Notes under the pieces: generated by a model
Database searches by the model: none
Seen by the model: the letters and a program-made list of their open reading frames with translations, nothing else
What the model was told of the DNA's origin: nothing
Part shown: piece by piece, positions 21,446 to 32,496 of the stretch
How the letters are laid out: every line of letters begins with the position of its first letter
How positions within the stretch are numbered: position 1 is the stretch's first letter
Position numbers and translations under genes: made by a program
NCBI GenBank assembly: GCA_963762565.1
Contig: CAVXLD010000005.1
Span: 548,338-612,337 of the forward strand
Reading direction: 5' to 3'
From: an uncultured Verrucomicrobiae bacterium
GTDB taxonomy: Bacteria; Verrucomicrobiota; Verrucomicrobiia; Chthoniobacterales; JAFAMB01
DNA length: 64,000 bases

Positions 21446-21900
21446 GCTTTCCCCTTTTTTATTGGTTAGTTATTTGGTCCGGTTAGTTACCTTTTGATGG
21501 TGTGACTCGCGTTGTCGCTGGGTATTGGGTTTTGCCTATTCCGCGCTAGCTCTAAATCGTTCCCAAAAAGGGCGAGCGACCCTTTCGCAACAATCACGCA
21601 CCGGAACCCATGCGGCGCAGGGCCGCATAAGCGCCGCCACCCGCGTAGTTAGCGCCGGTGCATTTGCGCGAGATCCATCAACCGGCCGAAGGTCCGTAAG
21701 TCGGCGTGATAGAGGAGTCATAGTTTCAATAAAGCCACAAGTTTCCAGTGCGGACAGCCCTTCAGCAACGCTTCAGACTTCGGCGCCTATCAATGTGTAG
21801 CAAGACTATCCCGTTCAATTGCTAACAAAGCCGCAAGGCTGCCCAAAACCGATTGACACCGCGATGTCAAGTCACTATCCGTTGTGGGTGGCGGTGTACG

Positions 21901-22695
21901 ATGCTATCCTCCCCGAATCACTTGCCGCTTCCTGCGGCTGTCCTCGACGCCGGTCTCCGAGACCGCGAACATCTCCGCCACCTGTTACTTGCGCATCCAT
22001 CAGTGGATCTTAAAGCTGAACTCTCGGCGCTTGCGGAGGTTAGAGAGACCATCGAATCAATTTCTTTGCGCCTTTTGTTCTGCGACCTGGGAGACGATCC
22101 AGCGCAGATCTTCGCTTGGCTCGGCAACAGACCGCCGACCCTGGACGTGATTCTCATGACCAAAGAGGAAAAATGGGCTGCTCGCGCGTTCGAGGTGGAC
22201 GCTTTGGATTTTCTCTTAAAGCCGTTGTCGAAGGAGCAACTGAACCGCAGTCTTCGCCGGTTGTTACGGCTGGACTGGTCCAGCAATGTTAGCGCCGCAC
22301 CGGCGGAGCGAGCGTTTGTGCCTTTCGAACGCGGACGGCGTTTGGTGTCGGTTGATGAAATTTGTGCGATTCAAGCGGTCGGAAATTACACGCGGATTCT
22401 TTTTGCGGACGGCACCACCGAGGTTGCGCTGCGCCCGCTGCGGCGATGGGAGGAGACACTCCCCAAGAATAGCTTTTTGCGGATTCATCGATCAACACTC
22501 GCCAATACCAAGCGCGTGCGGCGGATTGAGATGACCGGGAAAGGTGACGAATGCTGGGCTGAGGTTGACGGCATCACGGAAAGACTTGCCGTCAGCAGGA
22601 GATCTTTGGGGGGGGTTCGCGCGGTTTTGAGTATGACCGAGTCAAAAACGGCTCGATTCGCCTTTAGCGGAGGTCAATTAAGCACGCCGCTTTAG
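21901..22695 (+). CDS. LytR/AlgR family response regulator (atypical receiver + LytTR domain)
   Basis: AFEVDALDFLLKP receiver end; LytTR motifs IQAVGNYTRI, FLRIHRSTLAN, LAVSRR. Confidence 0.9.
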   Translation: MLSSPNHLPLPAAVLDAGLRDREHLRHLLLAHPSVDLKAELSALAEVRETIESISLRLLFCDLGDDPAQIFAWLGNRPPTLDVILMTKEEKWAARAFEVDALDFLLKPLSKEQLNRSLRRLLRLDWSSNVSAAPAERAFVPFERGRRLVSVDEICAIQAVGNYTRILFADGTTEVALRPLRRWEETLPKNSFLRIHRSTLANTKRVRRIEMTGKGDECWAEVDGITERLAVSRRSLGGVRAVLSMTESKTARFAFSGGQLSTPL

Positions 22696-22700
22696 ATACC

Positions 22701-23825
22701 GTGAGCCAACCGTCCCCCAGACAGAACCTCTTCCGAGAAGCGGCCCTCGCCAAGATTCGCTCGCCGGAACAGCTCGACGCGTTGCTTCCAATTACTTCGC
22801 CTTTGGGCTGGTTGGCTTTATTGACGTCGGCCATCGCGCTGGGCGTCCTCATATTCTGGGCCTTTTTCGGCATGATCGTTCGCACCGCGACAGGCCAAGG
22901 CATTATTGTCCGTAATAGCGAATCGGGCCTCAGCTCGGTCGTCGGCCAAGGATCGGGGCTAGTCTCCGAAGTCCTCATAAAGCCCGGTGACAGTGTGCAA
23001 GCAGGTCAGGTCATGTTTTACTTGGATCTCACCCCGCTCAAGCAGCAGTTGGCCAGCGCCGAAAGCACGATGGAAAGTCTTCTGGCCCAAGATGCTAACC
23101 AAGCCAAGGACGAATCGGATAGGATCAAGACCTTACAAGAAAAATTGGCAAACCAGCAGAGCCTCTATGACCAAGGTCTCCTGACGAAAAGTCAGATCCT
23201 GGATACGAAGAACGCCATTTACGACGTCCAGGCGCGCCAGTATTCCCGGAACCAACAGATATCCGATCAGAGAGCCAGGATTCGGGATCTTGAACTTCGT
23301 CTGATACAAGAAGGAACGATTCGCTCCGTTCGTGCCGGGCAAGTGATCGAGGTCCAAGTCGGACTTGGTGATTTCATCCAGCCCGGGCGAGTGCTTGCGC
23401 GTATGGAAGGTCTTTCCGGTGACCGGGGAGCTCTGGTTTTTGTGCCAGCGAATGAAGGTAAGAACATCAAGACCGGCATGACGATCCGGATCTCGCCATC
23501 CACCGTAAAACCAGAGGAATACGGTTATATCCAGGGCAAGGTTAAAAGTGTCTCCTCTTACCCGGTGACCAGAGATGAGATGATGTTCTACCTGCAGAAT
23601 GAAGTACTGGTCAATCGCCTGCTTCAAAGCGGCGAGACGATTTCTGTAGCGGCGACCTTGGAATCGGATCCCAGCACCCCGAGCGGGCTACGCTGGTCTT
23701 CCTCCGAGGGTCCCGATCTTCCGGTGGAAGGTGGAACGGTATGCAGCGCCTCGGTTGTACTGGCACGGCAGCGCCCCATCACTTTGCTGGTTCCATTTCT
23801 CAAAAAGCAGCTGGGTCTGTATTAA
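22701..23825 (+). CDS. NHLP/NHLM bacteriocin system secretion protein (HlyD family)
   Basis: LFREAALAKIRSPEQLD..L, one TM helix, SPSTVKPEEYG, RWSSSEGP, C-terminal RPITLLVP. Confidence 0.92.
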   Translation: MSQPSPRQNLFREAALAKIRSPEQLDALLPITSPLGWLALLTSAIALGVLIFWAFFGMIVRTATGQGIIVRNSESGLSSVVGQGSGLVSEVLIKPGDSVQAGQVMFYLDLTPLKQQLASAESTMESLLAQDANQAKDESDRIKTLQEKLANQQSLYDQGLLTKSQILDTKNAIYDVQARQYSRNQQISDQRARIRDLELRLIQEGTIRSVRAGQVIEVQVGLGDFIQPGRVLARMEGLSGDRGALVFVPANEGKNIKTGMTIRISPSTVKPEEYGYIQGKVKSVSSYPVTRDEMMFYLQNEVLVNRLLQSGETISVAATLESDPSTPSGLRWSSSEGPDLPVEGGTVCSASVVLARQRPITLLVPFLKKQLGLY

Positions 23826-25993
23826 TGGCGATTCGTCTACCGAACCGGCGCGTGCGCACCCCGACGGTGATCCAAATGGAAGCTGTCGAATGCGGCGCGG
23901 CGGCACTGGCCATCGTGCTTGGCCACTATGGTCGAATTGTTCCGCTCGAGCAGTTGCGCGAGGAATGCGGCGTGTCACGCGACGGAAGCAGGGCGCTGAA
24001 CGTCATTAAAGCAGCCACGCGTTACGGTCTGGAGTCAAAAGGCTTTAAGTACGATATCGGGAAGCTGGCCAAAGTGCGGTTGCCGGCCATCTTGTTCTGG
24101 AATTTTAATCACTTTGTCGTGCTGGACGGTATCAGCGGGCACGGCAAAGTCTTCCACATTAACGACCCAGCCCGAGGCCGCCGAAAAGTCCACGCCGACG
24201 AGTTCAACGACAGTTATACAGGCATAGTTCTGACTTTTCAGCCGACTCCGGAATTTCGAAAAGGGGGCCGCAGACCCAGCACGCTGAGGTTTCTCGGTGC
24301 ACGGCTGCAAAAGAGCCGCACCGCCTTCGTCTATGCGTTTCTTTGCGCACTGCTGCTGGTAATTCCCGGTCTCATCATCCCGGCGTTTATGCGGGTTTTC
24401 ATCGATGATTATCTGGTTGGCTCAGAAAAGACCTGGATCCGCCCGCTCCTTGCCGGAATGGCCGCTGTTCTGCTTCTGCAGATGCTCCTCACGGCGCTTC
24501 AGCAATATTGCCTGCTGCGTTTTCGAGAGAAGCTCTCACTGGCAGGCTCTGGCCGTTTCCTTAAGCATATTTTGCGGCTACCGATGCGCTACTTTTCCCA
24601 GAGGTTCGCCGGCGAGATCGGTTCCCGGCTTCCTCTTAATGATGAGGTGGCGGGGGTGGTCGGGGGGCAGCTCGCGAAAATCTCGTTGGATCTGGTGCTA
24701 GTGGTTTTCTTTGCCGTCTTGATGTTTTTGTATGACCCGGTCCTCGCCACAATCTGTGTAGGCGTGGCGCTGATCAACGCAGCGATTGTCCAAATCGTAG
24801 GCCGAGCCCGCGCCGACAAGAATCGGATTGCAACTCAGCACTATGGAAAGATGACCGGCACGTCGATCAACGGTCTTCAGATGATCGAGACGTTAAAGGC
24901 GAGCGGAGGAGAAGATGAATTCTTTGGACGTTGGGCGGGGTATCAAGCCCAGTATCTAGCTGAAAAACAAGCACTGCTTACCTTTTCGCAATATATTATG
25001 ACGGTCCCGACGGTGCTCAACGCCATGAGCACGACGATCGTCCTGGCGGTGGGCGCTTTCCGGATCATGGACGGCAGCATTACCTTGGGAACCTTTGTGG
25101 CGTTTCAGGCGTTAGCCGGCCAATTCGCGGGTCCATTGAATAGCTTGATCCAATTTGCCAATAACCTTCAGATGTTAGCTGCGAACATCACCCGCATCAA
25201 TGACGTATTCCAGGCGCCGGAGGATCCCATCTACGCGGCGCAACCGGATACGGCTAAGTTTGCATCCGTTTCCAGTCTCAGCGGGCGACTAGAGCTTATC
25301 GATGTCACGTTCGGCTATTCTCCCCTTGAGAGACCGCTGATCGAAAATTTTAGCCTGAGCCTTTCACCCGGTTCTCGAGTGGCGCTGGTTGGCGGCAGCG
25401 GCAGCGGTAAATCCACCATCGCTAAGCTCGCCTCGGGGCTCTATCGGCCTTGGAGGGGCGAAGTCCGATTCGACGGCTATACGATCGATGAAATTCCGAG
25501 GGACCTCTTTGCGATTTCCGTGGCCATGGTAGACCAGGATGTCATCTTAATTTCGGGTTCAGTAAAAGACAATCTCACCCTGTGGAACGCCTCAGTGCCC
25601 GAACAGGCGATCCACCGGGCGTGCGACTATGCCGGAATCGCTCACGTCATCGCCTCGCGCAGCGGCGGCTATCAGAGCGAGCTTGGTGAAGGCGGGGGCA
25701 ATCTTAGCGGCGGGGAACGCCAACGTTTGGAGATCGCTCGCGCCCTGGTGCACAGTCCCAGCCTTCTGATTCTTGATGAAGCGACCAGTGCTTTGGATGC
25801 CACCACCGAGATGGTAATCGATCAAAACCTGCGCCGGAGCGGCTGCGCCTGTTTAATCGTGGCACACCGGCTAAGCACGATCCGGGATGCTGACGAAATC
25901 ATCGTGATGGACGCTGGCAAGATCGTCGAGCGGGGAGTGTTCGAGGAATTACACGCCCGAAGAGGCAGCCTATTTCGCTTGATGGAACAATGA
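23825..25993 (+). CDS. NHLM-type C39 peptidase-containing ABC transporter (LanT-like)
   Basis: QMEAVECGAA (catalytic Cys), NHFVV (His), INDPA (Asp), TMD, GGSGSGKST, LSGGERQR; TAATG overlap with hlyD. Confidence 0.95.
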   Translation: MAIRLPNRRVRTPTVIQMEAVECGAAALAIVLGHYGRIVPLEQLREECGVSRDGSRALNVIKAATRYGLESKGFKYDIGKLAKVRLPAILFWNFNHFVVLDGISGHGKVFHINDPARGRRKVHADEFNDSYTGIVLTFQPTPEFRKGGRRPSTLRFLGARLQKSRTAFVYAFLCALLLVIPGLIIPAFMRVFIDDYLVGSEKTWIRPLLAGMAAVLLLQMLLTALQQYCLLRFREKLSLAGSGRFLKHILRLPMRYFSQRFAGEIGSRLPLNDEVAGVVGGQLAKISLDLVLVVFFAVLMFLYDPVLATICVGVALINAAIVQIVGRARADKNRIATQHYGKMTGTSINGLQMIETLKASGGEDEFFGRWAGYQAQYLAEKQALLTFSQYIMTVPTVLNAMSTTIVLAVGAFRIMDGSITLGTFVAFQALAGQFAGPLNSLIQFANNLQMLAANITRINDVFQAPEDPIYAAQPDTAKFASVSSLSGRLELIDVTFGYSPLERPLIENFSLSLSPGSRVALVGGSGSGKSTIAKLASGLYRPWRGEVRFDGYTIDEIPRDLFAISVAMVDQDVILISGSVKDNLTLWNASVPEQAIHRACDYAGIAHVIASRSGGYQSELGEGGGNLSGGERQRLEIARALVHSPSLLILDEATSALDATTEMVIDQNLRRSGCACLIVAHRLSTIRDADEIIVMDAGKIVERGVFEELHARRGSLFRLMEQ

Positions 25994-28878
25994 GCGCCGA
26001 AGCCCACGCATCGACCGGTATCGCTTTGTCTGGAAGCCATATCTTGAGTCTGGGCGAGACGACGAGCCGCATTTTACAGGTCTCGAAAGGCGCTCTGGAG
26101 TTGTTCCTGGTTTTGGGAGAGCCAGGGGTAGACGCCAGGCGTCAACACCTGGCCACGGTCTCAGAAGGAAAGTCGTGCTTCGATGTTGGATTTAACTTAT
26201 CAGACGCTGGTTTTACTATCTTAGTCACTGGCCAGCCTGGAACCGTCGTTCAGCTGGTAGAAATGGACCAGCTCGACCGTCAGGAGCTCTCAGTACGATT
26301 AGGCGAGTGGCTAACCACCTTCGTTCACGGAATCTCCAAGCTGGTCAACGATGAGAGGGAGCTGCACCGTTCCGCGAAGCCGGGTCCTCTTGGGCCGATG
26401 GCAGCCGGGGAAATTTTAGGCATACCACAGGGTGTTTGCTGGTGGAGCGCCGATGGTGCGGAGGCGACGTATTTAGGCCTGGAAACTCTGCGACTCCGGT
26501 ATGTCCCTTTGGTCTCGCGTGGTTGGGTCATCATCTCCAGACCGATCCCCTCTTCCCAGATCCTGGACAGTGACGAGTTTTTGGAATTAGCCGACTGGCA
26601 ATCGGAGGTTGCTGCCGCGCACGATTTCCTTAGTAAAGTCATTCGCAGCGCATTGGCTAAACAGGAAGCAAAAGCGCGAGAAACGGCGGCTGAGCGATCG
26701 CAACTTCGCCAGGCAGCCGAGGATGGCGGATGGCAAGACATCGCCACCGTTCTTTCCGGCTCTCGGGAGGGGCGGTCTGCGCTGCGGTCTGCGCCCGGTG
26801 GATCTTCGGTGGGAGTCGCCTTTCAGCGCGTAGCCACCCTTCTGGGCGCGGAATTGCGATCGATGCCAACGCTGGTCAAAGGCGGTAGCGCTTCCGCTAT
26901 GGTCGGACTGTTAGCGCGAGAGGCCCAACTGCGCTGGAGAGATGTGCTGTTGACCGGGCGCTGGTTCACTCGTGACCACGGCCCAATGATTGGCTTTCTG
27001 TCGGCCTCGGATGAAGCAGTTGCCCTTTTGCCGAAGGGATCGGCCCGCTATCAAATGGTACGAGCAGACGGCACCAGAGTCCGGGTGAACGCTGCCACGG
27101 TTGGGCAGTTGCGGCCCTCAGCCATTTCGCTTTACCGCACCTTGCCATCCCGAAGCCTGGGAATGAAGGATGTCATTCGATTCACAGCCAGGGGAAGCGC
27201 TCGCGACCTGGTGATGATCGTCACGATGATTGTCATCACCGGGCTGCTAGGCATGCTCACACCGATGGTAACCGCCAGAATCTACGATGTCATCATCCCC
27301 CAGTCAGAGCGTACCCAGATGACGCAGATCGCGCTCATTCTGATCAGCGCAGCAATTATCAAATGTCTCTACGAGCTCGTTCGGGCCGTCTCTTTGCTAC
27401 GAGTCGAAAACCGGGCACATGCCCACTTGGAAGCTGCGATCTGGGACCGGTTGCTTCGACTTCCGACGGGTTTCTTTCGAAAATTCACGGCCGGCGATCT
27501 TGCCAACCGCGCGCAGGGCATCACCACCGCTCATCAACTGCTTTCTTCAACGGGGACCACGATTCTGTTTATCCTGCCCGCCGCCCTGTTCAACCTCATC
27601 GTAATGTTCTTTTACAGTGCGCCTTTGGCTCTCTGGGGGCTGGGAATTGCGCTGATAGGAACTCTGATCTCGGTCGGTTTCAGCGTCGCGGAGGTCTTGA
27701 TCCTGCGAAAACAATACGAGATTCGGGGCCTGCTTTCCGGTCTCGTTTTCCAATTGATCAACGGCGTCGCGAAGTTTCGCCTCGCCAATGCAGAGCAATT
27801 CGCTTTTGCTGAGTGGGCGCGACCGTATGCTTCGCAGGAGAGGCTGTCCGTCCAAGCCGGAAAGTGGAGAGTTGCTTCGGGTACGTTTTTCTCCGGGTTC
27901 TCACTGCTCACCACGGGGATCATTTTCTGGTTGGTATCCCAGGAAATGGAGAAGGCGGTCAGCGCACCAGCGTTTACTACCGGCGCCTTCCTCGCTTTCA
28001 ATAGCGCGTTTGGGGCGCTGATCGGAGCGATGATTCAGGTAGGTCAGAATTCGCTGGGTTTACTGCAGCTTTTTCCGCTGCTCGAACGCACTAAGCCCAT
28101 CTTTGAAGCAGAACCCGAGATCGCCCTAAACCGGCTCTCTCCAGGCGAACTGCGCGGCGAGATTGAAATTGCGAATATTCGTTTCACTTATGGCGCAGAC
28201 TCACCGCCCATCCTATCCGGATTTTCGCTAAAGTTGCGGGCCACGGAAATGGTGGCTCTAGTTGGGCCGTCGGGCTCTGGCAAATCCACTGTGCTCCGGC
28301 TTCTTCTCGGTTTCGAAACACCCAATGCCGGTTCGATCTTCTATGACGGCAAAGATCTGCAGACCCTGGATTTGAGAGACGTGCGCCGGCAGATCGGCGT
28401 TGTGTTGCAGACCACCCGGCTCGTGACCGGTGACATTTTCCGGAACATCGTCGGCGAGTCGAACTTGACCCTGGACGACGCATGGGAAGCAGCGGAAATG
28501 GCGGGACTCGCCAATGACATTCGCGCGATGCCCATGCAGATGCACACGCTGATAAGCGAAGGCGGCGGCGGTTTTTCCGGTGGGCAGCGGCAACGATTGG
28601 CCATCGCGAGGGCATTCGCTCACAAGCCTCGGATGCTTTTCTTCGATGAGGCGACCAGCGCACTGGACAATCGAACCCAGGCGATTGTGACGGAGTCGCT
28701 GCAGCGGATGCAAGTTACCAGGGTCATCATTGCTCACCGGCTTAGCACGATCGTGAAAGCGGATCGCATCGTCGCGCTCCGCGAGGGAAGAGTCTTTGAG
28801 GAAGGTACTTACGCGGAGCTCATGGAAAAAAAAGGATTCTTTTATGAGCTCGCTCGCCGCCAGCTTGCCTCAAGATGA
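25990..28878 (+). CDS. NHLM-type second ABC transporter (no peptidase domain)
   Basis: long N-terminal extension, TMD, GPSGSGKST, FSGGQRQR, FFDEATSALD. Confidence 0.92.
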   Translation: MSAEAHASTGIALSGSHILSLGETTSRILQVSKGALELFLVLGEPGVDARRQHLATVSEGKSCFDVGFNLSDAGFTILVTGQPGTVVQLVEMDQLDRQELSVRLGEWLTTFVHGISKLVNDERELHRSAKPGPLGPMAAGEILGIPQGVCWWSADGAEATYLGLETLRLRYVPLVSRGWVIISRPIPSSQILDSDEFLELADWQSEVAAAHDFLSKVIRSALAKQEAKARETAAERSQLRQAAEDGGWQDIATVLSGSREGRSALRSAPGGSSVGVAFQRVATLLGAELRSMPTLVKGGSASAMVGLLAREAQLRWRDVLLTGRWFTRDHGPMIGFLSASDEAVALLPKGSARYQMVRADGTRVRVNAATVGQLRPSAISLYRTLPSRSLGMKDVIRFTARGSARDLVMIVTMIVITGLLGMLTPMVTARIYDVIIPQSERTQMTQIALILISAAIIKCLYELVRAVSLLRVENRAHAHLEAAIWDRLLRLPTGFFRKFTAGDLANRAQGITTAHQLLSSTGTTILFILPAALFNLIVMFFYSAPLALWGLGIALIGTLISVGFSVAEVLILRKQYEIRGLLSGLVFQLINGVAKFRLANAEQFAFAEWARPYASQERLSVQAGKWRVASGTFFSGFSLLTTGIIFWLVSQEMEKAVSAPAFTTGAFLAFNSAFGALIGAMIQVGQNSLGLLQLFPLLERTKPIFEAEPEIALNRLSPGELRGEIEIANIRFTYGADSPPILSGFSLKLRATEMVALVGPSGSGKSTVLRLLLGFETPNAGSIFYDGKDLQTLDLRDVRRQIGVVLQTTRLVTGDIFRNIVGESNLTLDDAWEAAEMAGLANDIRAMPMQMHTLISEGGGGFSGGQRQRLAIARAFAHKPRMLFFDEATSALDNRTQAIVTESLQRMQVTRVIIAHRLSTIVKADRIVALREGRVFEEGTYAELMEKKGFFYELARRQLASR

Positions 28879-30662
28879 TCCCCCGGAAACCAACACTGCT
28901 CTTTACGCCCATCCTGACGGGCTTGGTCGCAATCTGCTTCTCTCTGGACTCGATGCAGGGTCAAACCGGTGAAAAGCCGAGTCCCACTCCGCAGTTATCC
29001 CCGAGCCCGTCTTTGCCGTTGATTCCGGGGGAAAAGGAATCCGATCCCTTAACGGGGCCGGCGGTCCCGTGGGTTAGTCCGCTCCCGGTTCCTACTAAGC
29101 GGGATCTCCAAATAATCCGCGAGGCATTCGAAAAAAAAGCTTACGACCCCTTTTCTCGCGTCGACCTTGGGTTTGCCATTCCCAGGATTTCGGCGCTGAA
29201 GGCCGTCCGGGTCACCCTGGACTTAAGTCCTCAAATCCTTTTTCAGAAAGCAGCGGTCCAGGGGAGTGCTGGAACGGTCCAGGTAACCCAGGGAGCCTTT
29301 GACACCACGATCACCGGCTCGATCGCTCCCAATGCCTCACGCAACGAGCGCTACATCCAGAGCAAGCCTGCGCCCGGTGCAAACCCGGTAGCCTTCCCGA
29401 ATCCGCTGGCGGCGCGGAGCGGCGTCATCAACTATGAACTCGGCCTGCAAAAAACCCTGGAGAACGGCATCGTCATTAACCCAAACGTCAGTTTCAGCCA
29501 AAGCACCAACACCGATTTCGACCATCAATACAATGATACTAACCAGGGAACAGTCAATTTCACGGTTACGATTCCCTTGGCCAAAGGCGGCGGCACACTG
29601 GCGAACAAGGCGCCGGAGATCGCCGCTCGTTACGATCTCCTGGCCAGCGTCCTGCAACTCCGGTTCATCAGCGCGCAAAGTTTGCTCAACACGATCCAAG
29701 CTTATTGGGCCTGCAAAGCGGCGGAGGAGACCTATCAACTTCAGGTGGAAGCGGTCGAAAGTGCGGATAGGCTGGTCACAATCAGCGCCGCGTTGATTCA
29801 AGCGGATGAGCGCGCCCCGGACCAGTTGCCACAGATTCTGGCCGAACGGGGCAATTCGATTGCGAACCGGACACAGGCGGAGAGCTCTCTGATAATCGCA
29901 CGCCAGAACCTGGCGGTAGAAATGGGGTTTAGCGCTGCCTCGCTCCCGGTCGCTCCGCTGGTCGCGGACGAGTTTCCTCAACCGCCGGAAACTGAGCACT
30001 ACCCGGCAGCCGACAAGCTGATCGCCTCTGCGCTTCTTTTACGGGACGATCTCAGAGGCGTGCGAGAAACCGTAAAATCCCAGAAAGTCCTGATGGACGC
30101 GGCCTACTTGAACCTGCGTCCCACGGTGAATCTGCAGTTGGCGGCCAGCTATGTTCCGCTGCAAAGCCGAACAAATCTGACGAACACCCATGGGAATACT
30201 TGGGAGGTAGGCGCACTACTCAGTCTCAACTGGCCCGTGGAAAACAACACGGCGATTGGCTTGTATATTCAAAGCCAGAGCTCGTTTCAGAACAGCCAGA
30301 TCACCGTCGAAAGCACTGAAATGGCTGTTGAATCGAGCGTGATCACGGCTTTAGCCCAGTTAAAAGCGGCGGCAGTTAACGTTAAAGTTTATCGGGATTC
30401 GGTGCGCTGGTACCAGCAGGCATTGGCAGCTCAGGAAAAACTTTTCCAGTTAGGGCAAGCCACATTGGTAGACACGATCACCATCCGGCAAAACTTGATT
30501 AATGCGGAACTCTCTTACATCACGGCCCAGCAAAGCTACGCTGTCTCTCTTACTCAACTTCGCTTTGCCACCGGCACTCTGATCTTTTCCGACGAGAAAG
30601 GAAGCTGGATCGATAGCGAGGTCTGGAAGACCGTTCCATTTATGTTTTTGAAAAAGCCATGA
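28875..30662 (+). CDS. TolC family outer membrane efflux protein
   Basis: signal peptide, two helical OEP-like repeats, ends LRFATG; ATGA-coupled to the ABC gene. Confidence 0.85.
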   Translation: MIPRKPTLLFTPILTGLVAICFSLDSMQGQTGEKPSPTPQLSPSPSLPLIPGEKESDPLTGPAVPWVSPLPVPTKRDLQIIREAFEKKAYDPFSRVDLGFAIPRISALKAVRVTLDLSPQILFQKAAVQGSAGTVQVTQGAFDTTITGSIAPNASRNERYIQSKPAPGANPVAFPNPLAARSGVINYELGLQKTLENGIVINPNVSFSQSTNTDFDHQYNDTNQGTVNFTVTIPLAKGGGTLANKAPEIAARYDLLASVLQLRFISAQSLLNTIQAYWACKAAEETYQLQVEAVESADRLVTISAALIQADERAPDQLPQILAERGNSIANRTQAESSLIIARQNLAVEMGFSAASLPVAPLVADEFPQPPETEHYPAADKLIASALLLRDDLRGVRETVKSQKVLMDAAYLNLRPTVNLQLAASYVPLQSRTNLTNTHGNTWEVGALLSLNWPVENNTAIGLYIQSQSSFQNSQITVESTEMAVESSVITALAQLKAAAVNVKVYRDSVRWYQQALAAQEKLFQLGQATLVDTITIRQNLINAELSYITAQQSYAVSLTQLRFATGTLIFSDEKGSWIDSEVWKTVPFMFLKKP

Positions 30663-30790
30663 GCGCGTCATCTTCGTACTCGGCTCCGGGGACGCGGAGT
30701 GTTGGAGTGATTGAGTACTGGAGTATTGGCGGCCACGTCGGACAAGCCGCTCGTTCCCCGACTTCACCATTCGCTGGGGGAAAGGCGGAA

Positions 30791-31216
30791 ATGGGCGGCA
30801 GGCTACGCTGGACAAGCCGCTCGTTACTTCCGCTGCTGGTCGCCCTAATGCTTTCCGGCTGCCAATGGCCGCAGAGCATGCTCGAGTCCAAAGCGGATGT
30901 GGAAATCGATGTTCCCTCTTCTGATATAACCAGGATTCTTTCCGTCACGAACTACCTTATGCAGCAGAATGGCTATCAAGCCGTTACTGACGCGGCGAAT
31001 CAGGAAGTTCCTTTTGTCGCTGCCCATCTCGCCAGCCGAACTAACCGGGTGCTTTGTTTTTCCAATGGCGGCCGGGATCGAATCTGGATTATCGCTCAAC
31101 CCTCTGGGCATGCTTGGACTTTGTATTGTTTGCCTGAACCCGAACGTGACGACACAAGTTTCGCGCGGCACAGGTTCCGGCAGATCTTACAATCCGTTCG
31201 CGCGGAATGCAGCTAA
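30791..31216 (+). CDS. hypothetical lipoprotein (candidate immunity/accessory protein)
   Basis: lipobox LLVALMLSGC; lies between export operon and precursor array. Confidence 0.6.
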   Translation: MGGRLRWTSRSLLPLLVALMLSGCQWPQSMLESKADVEIDVPSSDITRILSVTNYLMQQNGYQAVTDAANQEVPFVAAHLASRTNRVLCFSNGGRDRIWIIAQPSGHAWTLYCLPEPERDDTSFARHRFRQILQSVRAECS

Positions 31217-31428
31217 CCCCGGGATATAGCAAATAACAAAGCGCAGGTAGCAGGTAGGTGGCCTTTTCCAACAAGAAGAGAGGGCCGTCGCCGCTGGTCA
31301 GGGTTTGAACCGCCGTTCGTCCCAATCAGCTTGTCGGGCGGTTTTCGTCATGGCAATCTGAGTCGAAGCTTCGCCCCCCCCTTCAACTTGGCGCAGTGAG
31401 CAGCAATCAATAGCCGAGAGACACGATC

Positions 31429-31794
31429 ATGACCAAAGAAACCCTTAAGGCATTTGCCGACGCAGTGAGTAAGAGCCAGGAATTACAAAAGCAACTAGCT
31501 TTGATTCATCAGGAGACAGCGCGCTCAACTGCCGAAAAGCTGGCTAAGTTGTCTGAGAGTGCCGGGACGCCTTTTACCGCTGAGGAGTACTTGAACTCGG
31601 TGGCAGAGTCATCAGGGGAGATGTCCACCGAACAATTGCGTAGCGTGGCCGGTGGAGCTAATGAGTTTTGGTGGACATATTTTGAGTCGATTATTCCTGG
31701 TCCTAATATTGGGGTCGACTGCGCTGTCCAGAAAGTCTCGGCCATGTTTGATAGGAGTCTCTCGTTGGGTCCATGTCCCTTAAAAAAATCCTGA
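31429..31794 (+). CDS. Nif11-leader lanthipeptide precursor 1
   Basis: leader ending VAGG; core ANEFWWTYFESIIPGPNIGVDCAVQKVSAMFDRSLSLGPCPLKKS. Confidence 0.9.
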   Translation: MTKETLKAFADAVSKSQELQKQLALIHQETARSTAEKLAKLSESAGTPFTAEEYLNSVAESSGEMSTEQLRSVAGGANEFWWTYFESIIPGPNIGVDCAVQKVSAMFDRSLSLGPCPLKKS

Positions 31795-31951
31795 TTCGAC
31801 CCGCTGCGAAATTGAAGATTACTTAAACGAGAGAAATCAGTTCCGAGCCTCTAACTTTAGCCAACGCTGTCGCCGAACATTGCCGCTCAAGTTGTTGATG
31901 TGAACGACAATCAATTGACTAACAACAATCACTAACACCCGAAGCAAGATC

Positions 31952-32322
31952 ATGAGCCAAGAAAAACTACAGGCCTTCACGGAAGCCGTTAGCAAGAGCG
32001 AACAGCTGCAAACGCGATCCGCTTCGATTCAGATGGAAGGCGTCAAATCAACCGCCGAAAAGGTCGCCAAGTTGTCAGAGAGCGCCGGTACGCCTTTTAC
32101 CGCTGAGGAGTGCTTGAAGTGGGTTGCAGAGTCATCGGAGGAGATGTCCACGGAACAATTGCAGAGTGTGGCCGGTGGTGGAATCTCTTTCTCTGCCGAA
32201 GAGGTCTCAAGTTTATGAACTCGATTATAGGCAGTTTCGGTGGTACCGAATGCGCAGTCACACTGGCTCGTTCGCTCGCAGAAAAGGGTAACCCTTTAGA
32301 GTGTATACAAGTCAGAAAGTAA
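31952..32322 (+). CDS. Nif11-leader precursor 2 (1-nt deletion in core)
   Basis: restoring one G near 32203 gives core GISFSAEEGLKFMNSIIGSFGGTECAVTLARSLAEKGNPLECIQVRK, paralog of 43854. Confidence 0.85.
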
Positions 32323-32496
32323 CCTGATTTCCGACAAATGAACCGCCGCTTGTCAAGGTTTGAACCGCCGCTCGTCCCAATCACGTTGCAGAGAGCTGTT
32401 CGCCACGATAGCTGTCGCCGAACATTGCCGCTCAAGTTGTTGATGTGAGCGACGATCGATTAATTAACAACCATCAATGAGACCCGAAGCAAGATC

